Shown here piece by piece: positions 18,955 through 64,000 of a DNA stretch of 64,000 nucleotides. The position numbers and the translations under genes are program-made. The stretch lies in the NCBI RefSeq assembly GCF_011386835.1, contig NC_088808.1, forward strand, positions 17,298,001 through 17,362,000, written 5' to 3'. Under the pieces are notes generated by a model. That model did not search any database. It was not told the DNA's origin and saw only the letters and a program-made list of their open reading frames with translations. This DNA comes from Chrysemys picta bellii. Its lineage: Eukaryota. How positions within the stretch are numbered: the stretch's first letter is position 1; each line of letters starts with the position of its first letter.

Positions 18955-21819
18955 TTGATGATTTCCAAAAATCAAAACATTTTCAAACACAACTAAGATA
19001 CAAAATACAGCATAAAATGAGAATTTATACTTATTTCTCTTTCCACATAAAGCAAAAAAAAAAAAGTGAATTCAGAACACTTTGCCAAGCCAATTGGTAG
19101 ATTACATCCTGCCTTCAAGAGAGCATTCCAACCGTTAGACGTCACTGCATCAGTTCTGGAAGTTATGCAGTACAGCAGTGCACGTGAGATGCAGCTAGCC
19201 CTCTTGCAAAGGACACATTGGCTAAAAAGTAGCATGCTGGCGGGAAGAGAGCAGTGTATTTAAAAAAAGCCCTCTCCTTAATGCTGATGGTGTACTGTAC
19301 TTGCAAGATCCCTGCTCCAAAGGCTAGTGACATTTACCTTTCCTAAAGGGGAACATCGATTTTGTGATGCCTGAACTTCCTATGGGGCTGCAGGCAGCCT
19401 CTCCAGGAAAGAGGAATTTCACGGATCAGTTAGTTTCTGAAATATTGAACAATTCTTCTTCCAAAGTGATCAAGCTCCTTAGCTGGGCAGAATGAGGGGA
19501 TCAGTCATAAGGAAGCTAATTAAGGGGTAGTTACAAGACCTGTTTCTACCTATTAAGTTATAAATACTTGAATTGTCCACAGGAGCTAGAATGTTTGGAA
19601 GAGAATATTGCTGTGGGTAAGGGGCGTGCGTGTATTCTAAACAGTTGCCTGTAGCAACTGCAGTGTGAAAGTCAGTCATATCCTTTATGTATTGAACGTC
19701 AGGAGGAAGCTGAAAGTTTAGTTTCCTGCACAATGAAGACACTGGCACTACAAGAGCAGTTGGGGGGGGACGGGGGGGGGGGGGGGACGGGACTACAAAA
19801 CCTGCTCTGGGGAAAAATAAAAAAAGCCACAGGGTAACTATTAAATGAATTTAAGAAATCTCTCCAGTCCTAGTGCTCTCTGTCACTGCAGAGGCCATTC
19901 TCCCTTACATTGATGTAAATGGCTGAACATTCGTGGAGGCATTTCTATTTATCACCAGCTGCTGAGAATCCTGTTTTCCAAGGTAAAGGCAAGACTGTTA
20001 CATTGCACTGTCCAGGTCAATGGGCTTAGCAGCATTCCTTGGGGAAGAAAGCCCAGGAGCTGGCTGGCCGCTGGAGATGCTGAGCTGGGCTGCTCTTCGA
20101 AGTGGAGATGTAAGCAGCTGAAAGGAGCCACTGATGCAGGAAACCAGGGCCGTTGGCCTGCCGAGCTGCTAGTTAAGGTCACAAGGCGAGTGTGTCACAG
20201 AATCCAAGTCAGTAAGACCAACAAAAACACAAAACAAAACATCAATTTAGTCCACTAGCAGAGGGTGAAATGCCCCTTCCCGGCAGGGATGGATGTGAGG
20301 TGAAAGACGAGGTTACACTGATGGGGCAAAGTCAGGACCTGTTTCCCTTCAACCCACTTAAACTAAAGAATCATTTCCTCGCTCAGCAGAGGGTTAGAAT
20401 GCATAAGTTACCTCCCCCAGCTGTTAAGACACTGCCAAGTATATTCCACTCCCTAGAAGTCTTAGCTACGACTGTCAAAAATGAGGCAGATGCCATTTGA
20501 AACACAGGACTGAGAATCAGGGCAGTAAGGCATCACACAGCTGATTTTTGCATGCTGTCTAATACAGGAACAATGGCGCCTGTTCAGGAAAGCATTCTCT
20601 ACCCCAGGGATAGAGTAGGGATGCCAGAGCAGGTGCTTTCCCTTGAGAGTTCTGTACCTGCTGTTGCTTGTGGGGGGGGGGGGGAAAGAATTTTTGCATC
20701 TACAAGAGAGACTGGCAGAAATGGATCAAGAAAGCAAAGGGCGCTCTAGGCTGGAAGATTAGACACTGCTCTGAACCCACTGGTGAGATGATGTGAACCC
20801 TGCATGCATTATGAAATGCTCAGCATTTGAGTTTCTGCCTTTCAGTACCAGGAACAGGGTCTTTCACAGCTCCACAAATATTGGTTCCACCAGTTACTGC
20901 TCAAATTGAAAGAACCTGGATCCACATTTAGATAAATACTGGTTGGTTGCTGAAAGGAGCTGTCTCTGGGAATCACTGTCTGGCTTGCTCCCCTTTGTTG
21001 GTGGATGGAAAATGCTGAAAAGGAGGGTTGGTTTTTGGTACAGTACATTTTAAAATGAAGTCTGTCTTGAGACCCTTCCCACTAACCCACCCCCAACATC
21101 GTACGGAAATCTTTCCAGCAATATACCACCCCCGGTTCCGCTCAGGAACAGAAATGAGACATTCCATTTTCATTACAGAAAATAAAACCCTCTTTTTCCT
21201 CATCTAGAGAAGGATGCAGCTGCTTCTGACATTCTTTCTCCCTCCCTCTGTCTCTTTGGGTGTGGAAAGGATCTTCCCCTTGCTCAGACCTGGGTACATA
21301 ATACTGTAATTTTTTAAAACCAATGTCTTCGCTTAGCGTAACTCTCCAATTGTACAAACAATGCTCTAACCAGCAGCTGGGTTTTATATACACAGAGGAT
21401 TTTTAGTTCTCTGCGGGGAGTGGGGAATTCACTTGTTTGGTTATTTTTTCTGTTTCCTTTTTAACTCTAACAGCACACTGAATGATACTGCTGTGTATCT
21501 GCTCACAGTACTTTAAATTTAAAGACCATTACTGAAGTACTCACTGAAATGTGGATTCCTTGGATTAGTTCCAATTCTAGGAAGTTAAAAACAAGACAAA
21601 AAATTAAACCTAGGCAATGTTCCTCGAAGAAGTAGGATTTATCATCTATTATCAGATTACTGGTGCCACTGTAAATTAAATTCTCAAGACATCTGTGCCT
21701 TTAACAGGGAAGGTACGGGAGGGGCAGGTATACGTAAAATGGCGGCAGTTTTTGTTGACTCCATAGAGAATCAGTCCTGGACCTAAGCTGTTGTGTCCCG
21801 AGAAGCTACACTGCTCCCG

Positions 21820-39068
<17,249 letters not shown>

Positions 39069-40009
39069 GGTCTCAGCTGCAGGGGGGAATTCCTCCAGGC
39101 TGGGTGTCTGCCTGCTGCCTGGGCTCTCACACCCCTACCTCCTCCTCTTCTGCTGCTGCTAGCTCCTGCACAGGAAGTGCCTCTCCACTGCTGCTGAAGC
39201 CGCTGCTGTCTCCTGCGTCTGCCACGTAGGCCAACTCTTAAAGGAACAGCGCTAGCAGCAGGAGGATCCCCGACAAGGGAAGGAGGGAGGGAGTCGATTG
39301 CATGTAACTGACATGAGATACAAGTTTGCCCTATCTCTAGCCTGTGTCTGACTCTTAAAGGGACCTCAGCAGCCCTGTGACAGCAGCCCATGGAAGGGAG
39401 GAGGAGGCTGGAGCAGGATCCTTCATGCCCATCACTGCCCTGAAATCAGAGATGGGCAACGCTTAGGTGGATTTGGGGTTCAGTTTTGCGAAATCTTGTT
39501 TGCCAAACCAAAGCTTGGGGCGGTTTGGGCCCAGGACCCATTTTATGGGAACCCAGGAAACACCCAAAGTTCAAAGCCCGAGGGGGTGGATCTGCAAAAC
39601 TGGTGGGGATTTTCAATGTCCAAAATCCTCCTCTGTCCAGTCTGTCTGCATTTTGTTTTATGGTTTATATCTATTCTATTCTATACTGCTTCTTGTACAG
39701 CCAGCACCCCTGCCTATGGTCTCTGAGCACTTCCATGGCATATGAACCTCCTTTTATTCAACCCCCAGCACGGCCATAACCAGGGCGGCAACCAACCAGG
39801 GCGCAAAACTGTGAGGGTGGAAAAATGACAACAAAAATGGTAGGGGGCGCAAATATACTTGCTTGCCCTGGGTGCTAAAATGTCTAATTGCAATATTCAA
39901 GGTGGAGTGAGAGGGGAGGTTTTGTTTGTTTTGGGAAAAGGTTTTAGTTTTGAGCCATCTCTTCTTGAAATAGAGGTAGTTACAAAGTAGGATGGCAGAC
40001 TGTGAAACA

Positions 40010-40330
40010 CTGTGTTGCCAACTCCTGTGATTTTATTGTATGCCTCACAATATTTGGTGTTTTTCTTAGATCCCCAGCTTCTGGAGGCATGTGATTAGGT
40101 GAGACTCATAGCTTTAACTTCCAACAAATAAAAACAAGTTTCTAGTCCCTCCTGATTAGATGAAATCTTGAAAATGTGACTTAAGATCACCCTAAAGGCT
40201 CAAAAACCACAAGGCAATGAGAAAGCTGCCCACATTTATTATTTTTCTTTTTACAACTCGTTGTAAACCAAGCTCATGAATTTTTGAGGCCTGTCTCATG
40301 AATTTTGAACACTTGGGGTTGGCAATACTG
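40010..40330. mobile_element. Old hAT-like MITE
   Basis: Imperfect TIRs CTGTGTTGCCAAC / GTTGGCAATACTG; TSD decayed. Confidence 0.55.
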
Positions 40331-42670
40331 ATAAATCAGTGCCAGGGAACTGCAATCTGCAACTGGAAAACATTCCTACACCAAAACCAGTCTGCTCTTG
40401 TCCTCCCCCATGTATTTTTCTACGTACAACCATGTGCTGATCCAAACCCCTTGTACATCTGTTCCCCTGCTCAGCTTTACCCAGGAAACCCAAAGGTGAG
40501 GAGGACATTGATTTTAAAATGTATTTAAATATAGACAGATTTATAATAGTGTCTCTGGGTGCAATGTAGCAAAGCTAAACAGAGGAGTCCTGAAGTGAAA
40601 TGACCAAGGAAGGGATGCAGGACTTATTGCAGAATTAGCTTTGAAGCAAGAGCTGGTCAGAACAGCTGCCAAATCTGCATCCACAGAAGGGCCCAGTACA
40701 GGAGGGCCACTACACACCACAGACCGGTTGCTGCATGGTTTGATGATCGCTGTGAATGCTCTGGTAGTATGGAGGACAGAACACAAGCTGCTTCTTGTTA
40801 CCTGGGGGCCACATATGGAGATGTTTAGGCCTTCTGGGTGACCAGTACATCTGCCCCTTTATCTCAGCGCTGGCAAGCATGCTTCACAGATTTCCTCCTA
40901 TTTAACAGGAAACCTCCATCCACTGTTTCCCTATCGACTCATTCCAAACATGATTTTTACCAGATCTGGACACATTCTCTTTTGCTCATACCTGCCTTCT
41001 TCTATCCCACAAATTCAACTGGGATATCAATTGGGAAAGTTGGAGGCTGAGTTGTGCATGGGAGAATGTTGCACAGAGATTGATTCTTGAAGCCTTGAGA
41101 CCCAAACAATAGCTTGCTTCATCGGTAACAAGCCATCCTTCTGCAAAAATCCAGCACCTTTCAGGCACTGTGTTCCAATTGCCATGTAGCTCTTGTCCTT
41201 TCCCAAGGTGATTCTTTTCATCTCATTGTTTTGACATCTACCCTGAAGGTAATGTTGTTTAAAAGGGCATTCTCAAGATAATTTCCATCATTTAAACAAT
41301 CTCTCCCCTCCCATGTTATTTATAAATATTTTTGAGGCTTGCAAAACCTTTTTTCCCCTTTACCAAAATATTTTCCTCTATCCTGTAGGTGCATTAATAG
41401 ATTGTTGTTGTTGTTGTTTTTAAAGACCACATATTGAATACAACATACAAAACAAAGATTTGGAGAGGAAAAAATTCCCCAGAGCAAACAGGATGAGTTG
41501 AGTACACACAACAAACAAGCACAAGCACAGAAACTCGTATAATGCTCTGAACATGTAATAAAGTAAGAGTTCTCTAAAGTAAATTGTCACCATCTGTTTT
41601 GGTTATGGAGTGACTGTGGCACGCACAAGTGCACAACTGAATAGAGTTCAAACTGTTATGAAGAGAGCAGTGCAAATAAGCAGACAGAGCACCCTGCTCC
41701 TTGAAAAGGTATAGCCCTTTAATATTCTTTGCAAGAGCTTATTCTGTTCAAATGAAAATTCTCCCTTCAGCAGTATCACAGTCTGCTGCAATGTATGAAG
41801 GAGCCCAGTAAAAGGACCAAGGTCTTGATCCTGTAAAGGCTTATGCACACGCTTGACTGTCCATATTGTGAGTAGTCCCACGGAAGTAACTTGGACTACT
41901 TGCGGCACGCAGACAATGAATCACGTCCAAAAGTCTATGTAGCATCAGGGCCACAGTGGCATAAAAATTCTTCTTCCTTGTCCCTGGATCTATTTTGCAT
42001 TTGTTAACCCTTTTAATGATAGCTGGAATCATGGTAACAGCCTGGGCAATTGATAAGGTATCCATTGCATCATGATGCATGTCTTAAAACAGGCAGATTT
42101 ATATAATTTATACATTATGGAGCGGATTAAATGGAATTTTTGGCTGCCCAAGGAATGCATGACTGAGCAATCCAGTAGCTATTCAGCGGGAGTAATATTA
42201 CTATCCATTAAAAGCATAGGTGCTGGACCTACAGAGGCTGGGGGTGCTGCTGCACCTCCTGGCTTGAACTGGTTTCCATTGTATACAGGGTTTGCAGTTT
42301 GGTTCAATGGCTCTCAGCCCCCCTGATTAAGAGGAAAGCAAAGCACATGACTCCAGAAATCTTCAGCCACAAAGCACCCCAGGCAAGTGTGAATGAAGGG
42401 CTGGATCCTTCAAACACTTATGCGTGTGAATAACTTTACTGATATGAAGAGTGACGAGGAGCAATATAGGCAGGACTGGGGCCTACTTCTAGTCTGGCGC
42501 TTTGACATGAACATGGCATCAAGTTGCTGTTCAGCTGCAGCAGGGCTGCTCTGGAGTGATGACTGGGCAGCTACGGTTTTTTCCTCTTGAATTTTTTAAA
42601 ATTAAAAATTATACATTTAAAACAAATCTTAAGTGTGTTGCTAATGCTATTGTAGCTGCTTCACCAATGC

Positions 42671-43255
42671 CAGGGGAACGGGAGAGGGGGCAGGGAGGAG
42701 GGGTGTGGAGCAGGGGGCAAAGGGGCAGTGAGAGGTGGGGAGTACAGAGGCAGGGGGCAAAGAGGGGGTGGAGGGGCAGGGCGGTGAGAGGCAGGGGGCA
42801 AAGGTGGGGCAGGGGGTGAAGGGGTAGTGGTGGTGAGAGGCTAGGGGCACAACGGCGGGTGGTGAGAGGCGGGGGGGCAGAGAGTGGAGGGACAGAGGAT
42901 GTGGGGGGCACAGAGGAAGGTGGTGAGAGGCGGGGGGTAGAGAGTGGAGGGGCAAGGAGTGTGGGGGGCCCAGGGGTGGGCGGTGAGAGGCGGGTGGGGC
43001 AGAGAGTGGAGGGGCAAGGGATGTGGGGAGCCCAGGGGCAGTGGTGAGAGGCGGGGCAGAGAGTGGAGGGGCAGGAGGGATGTGGGGGGCACAGGGGCAG
43101 TGGTGAGAAGCGGGGGGGCAGAGAATGGAGGGGCAGGAGGGATGTGGGGGGCACAGGGGCAGTGGTGAGAAGCGGGGGGGCAGAGAATGGAGGGGCAGGA
43201 GGGATGTGGGGGGCCCAGGGGCAGCTGGTGAGAGGCGGGGGGGGGGGGGGCACGG
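42671..43255. repeat. G-rich minisatellite (about 62-bp unit) upstream of STKLD1
   Basis: GATGTGGGGGGCACAGGGGCAGTGGTGAGAAGCGGGGGGGCAGAGAATGGAGGGGCAGGAGG at 62-bp period (43079, 43141, 43203); about 6 clear units plus degenerate ones. Confidence 0.9.
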
Positions 43256-43464
43256 AGGCGTGGCATGGGGAGAAGGGGCCGAAAGTGTAGGGGGCCCAGG
43301 GCAGCGGCTGGAGGGGCCCAGGGAAAGGGGGAGCGCCCAGCAGGAGGCCGCGTGCGGGCTGACGGAGGGGGAGGCCCAGCAGCGCCCGCCCAGGAGGGAG
43401 CCGTTTCTGGTCCCCGTCTCGCGGGGCAGCGGGAGCGGGCGGCAGCAGCCCCGGCCCCGGCGCC

Positions 43465-63967
<20,503 letters not shown>

Positions 63968-64000
63968 GTGGGTGGAAGTCAGTGTCGTAACAAAGAGCAC

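Noticed and set aside
40541-41260. Several 60-80 aa ORFs between SURF4 and STKLD1
   Set aside because: No recognisable domains, no consistent splice chain, lengths expected by chance.

Overview
Vertebrate genomic DNA, inferred to be a turtle or other reptile from its repeat content (CR1, hAT/Harbinger MITEs, Penelope-type inserts, LF-SINE, AmnSINE1). The window covers most of the conserved Surfeit locus in the human gene order: the 3' part of RPL7A (+, exons 4-8), SURF1 (-, 9 exons, 303 aa), SURF2 (+, 6 exons, 260 aa), SURF4 (-, 6 exons, 269 aa) and STKLD1 (+, 18 exons, 629 codons, running off the right edge). RPL7A introns carry one SNORD24 and three SNORD36 box C/D snoRNAs. All exon models were built by hand from splice sites, phase continuity and recalled protein similarity; no database search was run. 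Most interesting observations: (1) Penelope-type inserts with 11-13 bp TSDs carrying minimal hammerhead-ribozyme motifs, one with an intact core in sense orientation inside STKLD1; (2) a candidate alternative SURF4 promoter and ATG-ending first exon in intron 1, alongside a CpG-eroded canonical SURF4 first exon; (3) a GC donor in SURF2 intron 1 at the start of a G-rich minisatellite that supplies competing in-frame GT donors; (4) a third dual-guide U36 in RPL7A intron 6. Most long ORFs in the ORF track are artefacts of GC-rich repeats.
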